From Planctomycetales bacterium (GTDB lineage: Bacteria > 4484-113 > JAFGCY01), in the NCBI GenBank assembly GCA_022646745.1, contig CP060262.1:750001-782000 (forward strand): 32,000 nucleotides of DNA, written 5' to 3'. Both the position numbers and the translations under genes were made by a program. The stretch's first letter is position 1, and every line of letters begins with the position of its first letter. This document shows, piece by piece, positions 1 to 7,263 of this stretch. The notes beneath the pieces were generated by a model. The model saw nothing but the letters and a program-made list of their open reading frames with translations. It was not told where the DNA came from and did no database searches.

Positions 1-100
1 CAACGAAGCTGCGATGCAGATCCATTGTGCGCGCGGTTTAAGACAATTCGAGCCTGCTGCGAATATCAATATGAATCCTGGTTATCAATAAGGCGGCAAC

Positions 101-532
101 ATGAAGGCGCTTAAGCAGTTCATATTCGGCGGATCAGTGGCGGTTCCCTTCGGTGGCGAGTTCGGCCTGTTCCTGGCGCGTCTGTTCATCGGACTCTCGA
201 TGGCATTCGCACATGGCCTTGGCAAGATCCAGGACCCTTCAGGTGTGATCGGCGGAGCTGCCAAGATGGGCTTCCCGATGCCGGAATTCTTCGGCTGGGC
301 GGCGGCAATCTCGGAATTCATCGGTGCCATCCTGCTTGCGCTGGGCCTTGCGACCCGACCAGCTGCCCTGATGCTGATTGCCACAATGTCCGTCGCGGCC
401 TTTGTGCGGCATGCACCGGATGACTTCGCCACGAAGGAGAAAGCGCTGCTGTACCTCGCGGCCTTCGTGATCTACCTGTTCTTTGGTGGCGGGCGCTGGA
501 GCCTGGACAGCCTGATAGTGAAACGCAAATGA
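101..532 (+). CDS. DoxX-family integral membrane protein
   Basis: 143-aa ORF with four hydrophobic segments. Sequence pattern (LARLFIGLSMAFAHGLGK, GAILLALGLATRPAALML, C-terminal GGGRWSLD) fits DoxX-like small membrane proteins. Purine patch AAGGCGG lies just upstream of the ATG. Confidence 0.7.
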   Translation: MKALKQFIFGGSVAVPFGGEFGLFLARLFIGLSMAFAHGLGKIQDPSGVIGGAAKMGFPMPEFFGWAAAISEFIGAILLALGLATRPAALMLIATMSVAAFVRHAPDDFATKEKALLYLAAFVIYLFFGGGRWSLDSLIVKRK

Positions 533-635
533 GCCTGGTCTCAATCGTGCCTGAGACTGCGCCGCATGCGCTGCGCCCTGATGATCACTGGCCCAGCAGG
601 CACCGGTAAAAATTTCGTCTCATTTCGTGAAACTG

Positions 636-664
636 TTGCGACGAAACGCAAAACGAGTTATCAT
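636..664 (+). promoter_or_regulatory. sigma70-like promoter TTGCGA-N17-TATCAT with no ORF behind it
   Basis: TTGCGA at 636-641, exactly 17 nt spacer, TATCAT at 659-664. The -35 lies inside the short inverted repeat ttgcg-acgaaa-cgcaa. Confidence 0.4.
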
Positions 665-670
665 CCTAAT

Positions 671-759
671 GTGATGGAGCGACCATCACACGAGCTTTTC
701 CTCCCTGCGAGGGAGGGTAAAAGAAAGACCCCGATGAATCACGGGGTCTTTATTTTTTT
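671..759 (+). ncRNA. candidate ~90-nt small RNA (three stem-loops, family unknown)
   Basis: Begins about 7 nt after the TATCAT box. Hairpin 1 gtgatg/catcac (671-689). Hairpin 2 cttttcctccct/agggagg(gt)aaaag (695-723), 12 bp with a 2-nt bulge. Hairpin 3 is an intrinsic terminator. There is no credible ORF; the only reading frame runs through the terminator. Confidence 0.4.
726..759 (+). terminator. rho-independent terminator
   Basis: agaccccg / cggggtct 8-bp GC-rich stem with 8-nt loop, followed by tttattttttt. Confidence 0.75.
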
Positions 760-762
760 CTT

Positions 763-807
763 GCCGTCTCGTGCGAGCACTCGACGGTCTTAGGATGCGC
801 AGTGGCT
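763..807 (+). repeat. 45-nt intergenic repeat, copy 1
   Basis: tgccgtctcgtgcgagcactcgacggtcttaggatgcgcagtggc. 35/45 identical to copy 2 by hand alignment. Contains a ccgtc...gacgg inverted repeat. Confidence 0.6.
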
Positions 808-863
808 CAGGACAGTTCGTCCTTCGTCCACTGCAGACGTTTAGCAAGCCCGATGCCATTGCT

Positions 864-908
864 GCCGTCTCACGCAAGCGCTCGGCGGTCTTGGGATGTG
901 GAGCCGCG
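864..908 (+). repeat. 45-nt intergenic repeat, copy 2
   Basis: tgccgtctcacgcaagcgctcggcggtcttgggatgtggagccgc. Lies 101 nt downstream of copy 1 in the same orientation. Confidence 0.6.
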
Positions 909-995
909 TTGCGGAGGCATAGCCGTAGCTGCGCAGGCTCAATTGGCAAAGCCTGCGAAGCTGTGCTTCGCGGCTCCCCTGATCCCTTCTTCCCG

Positions 996-1001
996 TATAA
1001 T
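996..1001 (+). promoter_or_regulatory. -10 box TATAAT placed 6 nt before the ATG (leaderless geometry)
   Basis: cgTATAATcaccgcATG. No Shine-Dalgarno sequence can fit. Confidence 0.5.
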
Positions 1002-1007
1002 CACCGC

Positions 1008-1958
1008 ATGCTTAAGACCGCAGTGATCGGTGCCGGCAGCATGGGCCGCCACCACGTCCGCAACTATGCCGAAATCCCCACCAGCCAGCTGATCGGGCTG
1101 GCCGACCCGGATGAGGCGCGCAGTGAACTGGCCGAGAAGCACGGCTGCGGCTTCTTCACGGACTACCGCGCGCTGCTGGACCAGAAGCCGGACCTGATCA
1201 CGATCGCGGCCCCGACCACGCTGCACTACCAGATTGCCAATGATGCACTCGACGCCGGTTGCCACCTGCTGATCGAGAAGCCCGTCAGTGACGACCTGGA
1301 AAAGGCGCGTGCGCTGATGGCCAAGGCAAGCGAGAAGAAGCTCAAGCTGGCCGTCGGCCACATCGAGCGTTTCAACCCGGCGGTGATGGAACTCAAGCGC
1401 ATCATCGAAAGCGGTGAGCTGGGTGAGGTGCTGAGCATCAACAACCTGCGTGTCGGCCCCTACCACGGCCGCATCCTCGACACCGGCATCATCCTCGACC
1501 TCGGCACGCATGACGTGGACCTGATCAGCTACCTGTTCAACGAGCGTTGCCATTCCGTGTTCGCCACTGCCACCAAGCGCAAGCACAACCATGAGGACCA
1601 CGCCGTGCTGCAGCTCGGTTTCGGGCAGGGGCATACCGGCATCATCCAGACCAGCTGGCTGGCACCCTACCGCGCGCGCAACGTGTTCGTCGTCGGCACT
1701 GAGCACTTCGCGCTGTGCGACCTGATGAACCAGCTGATCCTCGTCTACGATGACAACCCGGAGGGCAACAACCTGCTCGCCGGCCTGCGCCCGGTGCCCG
1801 ATGGCGAGCCGCTCAAGAATGAGCTGACGAGCGTGATTGCCAACGTGATGGAGGACACCGAACCGCTGTGCACCGCTGAGGACAGCATCTACGCGCTCAG
1901 TGTCTGCAAGGCGGCGCTGCAGAGCGTGGAAAGCGGCCGCAGCCAGGACGTGGTATAA
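1008..1958 (+). CDS. Gfo/Idh/MocA-family NAD(P)-dependent oxidoreductase
   Basis: 316 aa from the internal ATG at 1008. N-terminal Rossmann motif KTAVIGAGSMGRHH and EKP motif (LLIEKPV). The C-terminal alpha/beta domain pattern is typical of the family. The 79 codons upstream in the tracked ORF cross repeats and are Arg/Ser-rich. Confidence 0.85.
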   Translation: MLKTAVIGAGSMGRHHVRNYAEIPTSQLIGLADPDEARSELAEKHGCGFFTDYRALLDQKPDLITIAAPTTLHYQIANDALDAGCHLLIEKPVSDDLEKARALMAKASEKKLKLAVGHIERFNPAVMELKRIIESGELGEVLSINNLRVGPYHGRILDTGIILDLGTHDVDLISYLFNERCHSVFATATKRKHNHEDHAVLQLGFGQGHTGIIQTSWLAPYRARNVFVVGTEHFALCDLMNQLILVYDDNPEGNNLLAGLRPVPDGEPLKNELTSVIANVMEDTEPLCTAEDSIYALSVCKAALQSVESGRSQDVV

Positions 1959-1961
1959 GGC

Positions 1962-2483
1962 TCAGCCCTTTGGCCCGAACTTCTTCTCGTGGTAGCGCTG
2001 GCGTTCACGCTCCAGTTCCCGCTGTTTCGCCTGGGTCCAGTCATTCGGCTTATAGTTTGGCGATGCCAGCATCAGCAGGATGAAGCCGAGGAAGGCAATC
2101 CCCAGACGGGCCAGCCCCATTCCGCCGCCTGCGCGACTCAGTTCCATTCCTGCGGCTTCCAGCACCCTTGGTAGCGAAATCGCCAGCACCACAAACAGCA
2201 GGCCGGGCATTCCGGCGCCGAGGGTCAGGCCCAGCGGTTTCCAGAAGAAGCGAAAGCCCTCCGGCTGCTCATGCCGCACTTCATGTCTTCGCGTCACATT
2301 CCTGGCAACTTCCTTGTAGTTCATCGCCTTGGATCGCTCGAAGATCGCGTTTATGTCATGCATCGGTTTCTCTCGAGCCTCTGCTGACTCCAGCTCCTGC
2401 CAGAATTGCTCCTTGATCTCGTCAGGATCCGGCACAGCTGCCCTGCCCTTGATTTTCATGTTGTCAGAATCCGGTCTTCGCAT
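1962..2483 (-). CDS. hypothetical 2-TM membrane protein, paralog 1 of 3
   Basis: 173 aa with GAGGGA 4-5 nt upstream of the ATG. Soluble N-terminus, then TM1 with G-x-P-G (GAGMPGLLFVV), TM2 starting LARL, and C-terminal tail PNYKPNDWTQ...ERQRYHEKKFGPKG shared with the next gene. Confidence 0.6.
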   Translation of the reverse strand: MRRPDSDNMKIKGRAAVPDPDEIKEQFWQELESAEAREKPMHDINAIFERSKAMNYKEVARNVTRRHEVRHEQPEGFRFFWKPLGLTLGAGMPGLLFVVLAISLPRVLEAAGMELSRAGGGMGLARLGIAFLGFILLMLASPNYKPNDWTQAKQRELERERQRYHEKKFGPKG

Positions 2484-2536
2484 CTGTCCCTCTCACCACT
2501 ATTGCAGCATGTTTCACTTTCCGTTTTCCGATCGAA

Positions 2537-3001
2537 CTAATCCTTAGGCTGGAACTGCTTCTTGGCAAAGTAATTGTGGTCCCGTTCCAGCTGGTCCTCA
2601 CCTTCCTGTGTCCAATCGGCGACCCGGTATACAGGAAAGGCAACTCCCAGCAGCCCCAGACCGATGAGGATCAGAACCAGGCGCAGCAGGCCAGTCCAGT
2701 CGTTTCCAGCAGCATCAGCAAGTGACCAGCCCTGGTAGGCCAGCAGGTCCCTCGTCCAGAAACTGGCGATGAAGATTGCCAGGCCAGGTAGTCCGGCAAG
2801 CAGTATCACAAGCGGTGAACGCCAGTGCCAGTGATGTGCTTCCGGCTTGCCAAAGCGATTGTCCTCGCTTGGACTGATCCGGCTCGCATCCTTCAGGATG
2901 TCCCGTCTGAAAGCCCTGGCACTCAGCTCATTGAGGTCGATGCTGTGGGGCTCCAGCTCCGCATCTCTGTCGATCTTCCAATTCTGTTTCCCTTCCATCA
3001 C
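2537..3001 (-). CDS. hypothetical 2-TM membrane protein, paralog 2 of 3
   Basis: 154 aa. Start is GTG 3001 or ATG 2998, overlapping the stop (2998-3000) of the upstream paralog. Motifs: LAGLPGLAIF, LLRL, PVYRVADWTQ...ERDHNYFAKKQFQPKD. Confidence 0.6.
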   Translation of the reverse strand: MMEGKQNWKIDRDAELEPHSIDLNELSARAFRRDILKDASRISPSEDNRFGKPEAHHWHWRSPLVILLAGLPGLAIFIASFWTRDLLAYQGWSLADAAGNDWTGLLRLVLILIGLGLLGVAFPVYRVADWTQEGEDQLERDHNYFAKKQFQPKD

Positions 3002-3609
3002 TCCCTTTCATCCTTCATCCTGCGGTTAGCCGCCCACTGCTTGCTGTCCTCATACTGTTCCTGCTCCTCAATGCTCCAGCCGACCGGCTTGCGAATCGGC
3101 CAGGCGATGATCAGCATCATCCCGCCGGACAGCATCGCAATCAACCTGACCAGTCCGCTGTAGTTCTGCCCGCCGGCCGTCACGAAGGGGTTGCCATAGC
3201 GCTCTATGAACAGGTGCAGCAGGCAGGCTCCCAGCAGCAGCAGGAATCCGGGGATGCCAAGCCCGAGCGTGTACTTCATCGGCTTGATGTGCAGCACAGT
3301 CCCGTCAGGCTTGTCCACCAGGTCGTCTCGGGCGTGTTCAAAGGCATGGCGCATCATGCGATGCGACTTCTGGTAGTCCATCAGGCGCAGGTCGCCCAGA
3401 TGTACGCTGGCTCCCGGGGCGTTGCTGCCTTCGCCATACCCGCTGCGGTCCCGTGGCGCTGCCTCCTGCCTGCTGTCCTTGTTTCGCTTGTCCAATTCAA
3501 ATCCCCCTTCGATTGGACGCCATGGTTTTGTGTGGGGAGTCGCGCTCCCGATAAATTCACACCGAACATATGCAGGATAACGGATGTCCTGAGTGGACGC
3601 TGCTATCAT
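2998..3609 (-). CDS. hypothetical 2-TM membrane protein, paralog 3 of 3 (start uncertain)
   Basis: Up to 203 aa. Motifs: GLGIPGFLLL, LVRL, WPIRKPVGWSIEEQEQYE. An alternative TTG start at 3495 has GAAGGGGG 7 nt upstream, and would leave room for the divergent promoter of the 3632 gene. Confidence 0.55.
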   Translation of the reverse strand: MIAASTQDIRYPAYVRCEFIGSATPHTKPWRPIEGGFELDKRNKDSRQEAAPRDRSGYGEGSNAPGASVHLGDLRLMDYQKSHRMMRHAFEHARDDLVDKPDGTVLHIKPMKYTLGLGIPGFLLLLGACLLHLFIERYGNPFVTAGGQNYSGLVRLIAMLSGGMMLIIAWPIRKPVGWSIEEQEQYEDSKQWAANRRMKDERE

Positions 3610-3631
3610 GCAAGCCTGAGGTTGCTATCCA

Positions 3632-4129
3632 ATGAAGAAGATGATCATCGCTGCCTGCCTGTCACTGCTCGCTCTGAGCGCCCTTGCACATGCCAAGGAG
3701 CAGCCGAAGCCCGCCAGCTTCAAGCCCGGGGCCTCCGTTGAGCTCGTGGTGAAGGTGAATGCCCCGAAGGGCTGGGCGCACAACCCGATGATGCCGCTCA
3801 AGCTCAGCTTCGACCCGGAGTACCTCAAGACCGCCCCCTTCACCGTGGCGCAGAACAGCTTCGAGGTGAAGTTCGAGGGACATCCGACCAGCGCTGAAGT
3901 GAAGGTTCCGATCAAGCTCAAGGGCTCCCTGAATGACGGTGAGCTGAGCATCCCCGCCAAGCTGGACGCCTTCATCTGCACCGTGGATGAGAGCATGTGC
4001 ATCATGGCCAGCGAGGAAACCAGCCTGCATGTACGGGTGCAGGGCAAGGCCGGCAAGGGTGAGAAGGACCAGGCGCTGGACAAGGGCAGCCTGAGCCTCA
4101 GCCATGTGCTGACCCCGCCGGAAGTCTAG
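3632..4129 (+). CDS. secreted protein resembling the N-terminal (alpha) domain of DsbD
   Basis: 165 aa with Sec signal MKKMIIAACLSLLALSALAHA. Has a PKGWAHN motif and a late Cys pair FICTVDESMCI, arranged as in DsbD_N-type immunoglobulin-like domains. GAGG lies 10 nt upstream and TGCTATCAT at 3601-3609. Confidence 0.45.
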   Translation: MKKMIIAACLSLLALSALAHAKEQPKPASFKPGASVELVVKVNAPKGWAHNPMMPLKLSFDPEYLKTAPFTVAQNSFEVKFEGHPTSAEVKVPIKLKGSLNDGELSIPAKLDAFICTVDESMCIMASEETSLHVRVQGKAGKGEKDQALDKGSLSLSHVLTPPEV

Positions 4130-4179
4130 GACTCCGCCACTTCCCCTTCCCTCCGCTTAGCGGCAGGGCGCCATTCTGC

Positions 4180-4185
4180 TAGAAT
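4180..4185 (+). promoter_or_regulatory. -10 box within TGCTAGAAT, 9 nt before the TTG start
   Basis: cTGCTAGAATcagctttccTTG. Confidence 0.4.
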
Positions 4186-4194
4186 CAGCTTTCC

Positions 4195-5826
4195 TTGAGG
4201 AAGGAAGGCGAATTCCGTACAACTGCCTGGGGTCATGTTCTGCGCTGCTTGCTGGCGGTCATCACTGGACTGCTGCTGTGCCGGCCCCATGCCGCTGCGT
4301 GCGCCGAGCTGTCGGACTTCCCGGACTACCTGACTGCCACGGGTGAGGTCTCACTGGTGGCCGACCAGTACGGCAACTTCGAGATCCTGACTGCCGATTT
4401 CGCCACCCTGCGCATCACCTCCCTTTCCTCCCAGGACACCATCGTTGTCAATGCCGACCGGGTGGAATTCCACCGTGTGACCGGTGAAGTAGAGCTGTAC
4501 GGCAATGTCAGCATCGGCCTCGATGGCGAGGGCAGCCTGTTGCAGTGCGAGCAGTTCAGCTGGGACCCGCTGATGGAGCAGATGGAGGTCAGCGAGCTGC
4601 ACCTGAACCTGCCGCTCAACCTGCTTTTGTCCGACGGCCTGCCGGAGCACCGCATCCGCGCCCGCTTCAGCGGCCACCTGTACGAAACCCTGCCTGAGCT
4701 GCTGATCCTCTACAGCGAGGATGTGCAGCTGGACTTCAGCCCGCGACGCCGGCGCTTCGAGCTGCGCAATGTGCAGTTCACCCACAGCCCGCATCCGGAC
4801 CCGGACCTGTTCTTCACCGCCGATGAGGTGAATGTCGACCCCGGCCAGGGCATCCAGTTCATCAACATCTCGCTGATCGCAAGCGGGCACCGCATCTTCT
4901 CACTCGGCCGGCTGCGCCGCAACCTGCAGGGCAAGGAGCATATCTACGGCTTCGGCTTCCCCGAGGTGCGCATCCACAAGGATGTCGGCTTCTCCTGGAA
5001 GCAGCCGCTGACCCTGCGCCTCGGCGAGCTGGAGAACGACCTGGTGGTGGACTTCCAGGAGGACCGCGGCATCCTGATGCGTGGCGAGAGCTACGTCGAG
5101 CCGTTCAACGGGATGAAGCTCGGCGCGCTCTACGGCCAGGAGCGCGTGAAGGACTATCTGCAGAAGTCCTACGAACGGCGCGACGACTTCACGCTGTTCC
5201 TTTCGCATGAGGCGGACCGCCCGAATGACCTGCTGGAGTTCTCGCGGGTTGACATTGAATATGGCAACGTGAATGCGCGGGCTGACTTCAATGACCCGGA
5301 ATTCGACCGCAGCACCAGCCAGGAGCTGGAACCCCCGTCGGTGGATGACAACTTCGGCGTGGAGGACCGCCGACTGTTCGCCGAAGGTGAGTGGGACTTC
5401 CGCCTGGTGCAGCTCAGTGATGACGTGTACCTTGCAAGCGGGATCCAGAGCCGCTACGTGAACTACAACGACGCAGACCAGTACTACACCGCTGTGGGCG
5501 GTGAAGTGGCGATCATCTACCCCGAGGGCGACTTCAACCACTACCTGCAGTACCGCCTGAATGCGATCAACGGCGACCGCGACAGCAAGGGCCGGCCGCT
5601 GATGGGCTTCGATGCGGTGCGCCGCCAGGAGCTGGACTTCGCCACGCAGTTCCACCTGCACCGCCGCTGGCGCCACGTGTTCCATGGCACCTACGACATT
5701 GACCGTGAGGAATTCGACAAGTTCGAGGTCGGCGCGCTCAGGCGCCAGCACAGCTATGAGATCGGCATGTACTGGGACTTCGTGCGGGAAAGTGCCGGGC
5801 TGGAATTCGGGCTGGTGATCGACTGA
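4195..5826 (+). CDS. hypothetical envelope protein with OstA/LptD-like N-terminal region
   Basis: 543 aa with a TTG start and a hydrophobic N-terminus. Residues ~45-140 (ATGEVSLVADQ...VNADRVEFHRVTGEVELYGNVSI) resemble the OstA/LptA beta-jellyroll. The remainder is rich in alternating aromatic/polar residues, as in beta-barrels. It is shorter than canonical LptD and lacks a terminal aromatic residue. Confidence 0.35.
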   Translation: MRKEGEFRTTAWGHVLRCLLAVITGLLLCRPHAAACAELSDFPDYLTATGEVSLVADQYGNFEILTADFATLRITSLSSQDTIVVNADRVEFHRVTGEVELYGNVSIGLDGEGSLLQCEQFSWDPLMEQMEVSELHLNLPLNLLLSDGLPEHRIRARFSGHLYETLPELLILYSEDVQLDFSPRRRRFELRNVQFTHSPHPDPDLFFTADEVNVDPGQGIQFINISLIASGHRIFSLGRLRRNLQGKEHIYGFGFPEVRIHKDVGFSWKQPLTLRLGELENDLVVDFQEDRGILMRGESYVEPFNGMKLGALYGQERVKDYLQKSYERRDDFTLFLSHEADRPNDLLEFSRVDIEYGNVNARADFNDPEFDRSTSQELEPPSVDDNFGVEDRRLFAEGEWDFRLVQLSDDVYLASGIQSRYVNYNDADQYYTAVGGEVAIIYPEGDFNHYLQYRLNAINGDRDSKGRPLMGFDAVRRQELDFATQFHLHRRWRHVFHGTYDIDREEFDKFEVGALRRQHSYEIGMYWDFVRESAGLEFGLVID

Positions 5827-5981
5827 AACCTGACTCTCATTCGTCAATCGAAATGAGACCAAAATCCACGGCTTTTTCACCGATGTATGCCTATATATCT
5901 GGTCAAAACAGCCCGAACCGTATAAAATCAGTGGGCGGTATTCGGAACGGGGCTGCGGATTGTTAAACCCCGGCCGGTCAG

Positions 5982-5990
5982 TGCTAGAAT
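5982..5990 (+). promoter_or_regulatory. extended -10 TGCTAGAAT for the Cys-tail protein gene (leadered)
   Basis: gTGCTAGAATc lies about 38 nt upstream of GTG 6029. A perfect AGGAGG sits at 6016-6021. Confidence 0.45.
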
Positions 5991-6028
5991 CTTGTTTTGC
6001 ACCCGCGCTTAGGATAGGAGGCGATACA

Positions 6029-6772
6029 GTGAGTATTCGCAACATTTGGACGGGATTGATTGGAGTGCTGCTGGTGGCCTGCATGGCCACCCCGGCCCTG
6101 GCCAACGCTTCGGCTGTTGACCAGTTCTCTGCGGTGAAGTACATCCGCAACCTGAGCGATCTCTCCTGCCAGTACCGTGACCACGGCCTCAGCCTGCAGC
6201 TTGACGGCTACAATTACGAGTGGCTGATCTTCTCCGACAGCTGCATCCGCCAGAACATTGAGGCGGAGCTCGTGATCCTCGGCCGCTCCCGCGAGCACAT
6301 CATCGACCCGCTCGCCTGGCAGCTGCACGTGGACATGCTGGGTGCAACGATTGAGCAGATCAACACCATCACCGACGAGCTGGGCACCTACAACTTCTGG
6401 CCCAACCAGGACAAGATCGTTGACAAGATCGGCCGCAAGGCCAGCGAGGGCACCAGCGTGCTCGGCGACATCGAGGATGAGCTGGGCCGCGGTGAGGAGC
6501 GCAACTATGCCGACCTCGCCACCTACGGCGAGAAGCTGTGGATGATCGGCAACGACCTCGTCTGCCTCGTGAAGGACCTCGACTACGAGAACTGGACCGC
6601 GCTTTACAGTGGCAACCTCTGCGCCGGCGACTGCTGCCAGAACGAGTTCACCGTGACGGCGGCCTGCTTCGACTGCAACGGCTGCGCCAAGTGCCAGGAC
6701 ATCAAGGTCCAGGGCAAGGAGTGCACCCGTAAGGAATGCAAGGGTGGCAAGGGCTGCACCTGCGGCAAGTAA
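6029..6772 (+). CDS. secreted acidic protein with metallothionein-like Cys/Lys-rich C-terminal tail
   Basis: GTG start 7 nt after AGGAGG. Signal peptide SIRNIWTGLIGVLLVACMATPALANA. The last 51 residues contain 11 Cys (CAGDCCQ...CFDCNGCAKCQ...KECTRKECKGGKGCTCGK). Confidence 0.7.
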   Translation: MSIRNIWTGLIGVLLVACMATPALANASAVDQFSAVKYIRNLSDLSCQYRDHGLSLQLDGYNYEWLIFSDSCIRQNIEAELVILGRSREHIIDPLAWQLHVDMLGATIEQINTITDELGTYNFWPNQDKIVDKIGRKASEGTSVLGDIEDELGRGEERNYADLATYGEKLWMIGNDLVCLVKDLDYENWTALYSGNLCAGDCCQNEFTVTAACFDCNGCAKCQDIKVQGKECTRKECKGGKGCTCGK

Positions 6773-6845
6773 CCAACCACGTCTTTACAGGGAATATTCG
6801 GAGTTCTACCTATAGGGGGGTAACTTCGAAATGGGAAACTGGAGG

Positions 6846-6876
6846 CCCGCCGGCGATTATCACCGGCGGGTTTTCT
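6846..6876 (+). terminator. rho-independent terminator
   Basis: cccgccgg / ccggcggg 8-bp stem with 9-nt loop, followed by ttttct. Confidence 0.7.
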
Positions 6877-7263
6877 ACTTTCTGGCAAGGGAGTCCCGAT
6901 GTGAGTCGGGCTATGGGAGAGAGGAGCGCTCTGAGATTTCAACCACAAAGCCCGCAGAGAGCACGGAGAATTCCCGGGGTAGTAAAGCAGCATGGCTGAA
7001 GCTCCAATGAGGCAAAGTACCGGCGTCGCCAGGCGACGCCAGCAAGCTGGCAGGAATTTCGAGCGCACCACGTTCCATCCGGCAGTCAGTGGCGCAATCC
7101 TGCCTCCCGCAGCCATTTGCCCCTTCAATGCTTTGAGCGTGCTGGCGCTGCCGGGCAGCTCCGGTACATGTTCGTCCCGCAAGCATATTTCTCTTGAAGA
7201 AAACTCTGTGCCCTCTGTGGTTAGGCTCCCTGCGCTCTCCTCCTTCTCGGAGGTCTCACCGCA

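Noticed and set aside
771-1007. N-terminal 79-codon extension of the oxidoreductase ORF
   Set aside because: The extension crosses the two 45-nt repeats, is Arg/Ser/Ala-rich, and precedes a canonical Rossmann N-terminus beginning at ATG 1008 with a TATAAT box 6 nt upstream.
4900-6150. 416-aa ORF on the - strand
   Set aside because: It is antisense to the 3' half of the 4195-5826 gene and runs through the intergenic promoter region. It has no RBS or motifs and shadow-ORF composition.
7084-7104. B12-box-like string agtcag...cctgcc, suggesting a cobalamin riboswitch
   Set aside because: It has 5 extra nt relative to the B12 box I remember (AGYCMGGAGACCKGCC). The other conserved cobalamin-riboswitch blocks are absent from the surrounding 300 nt.
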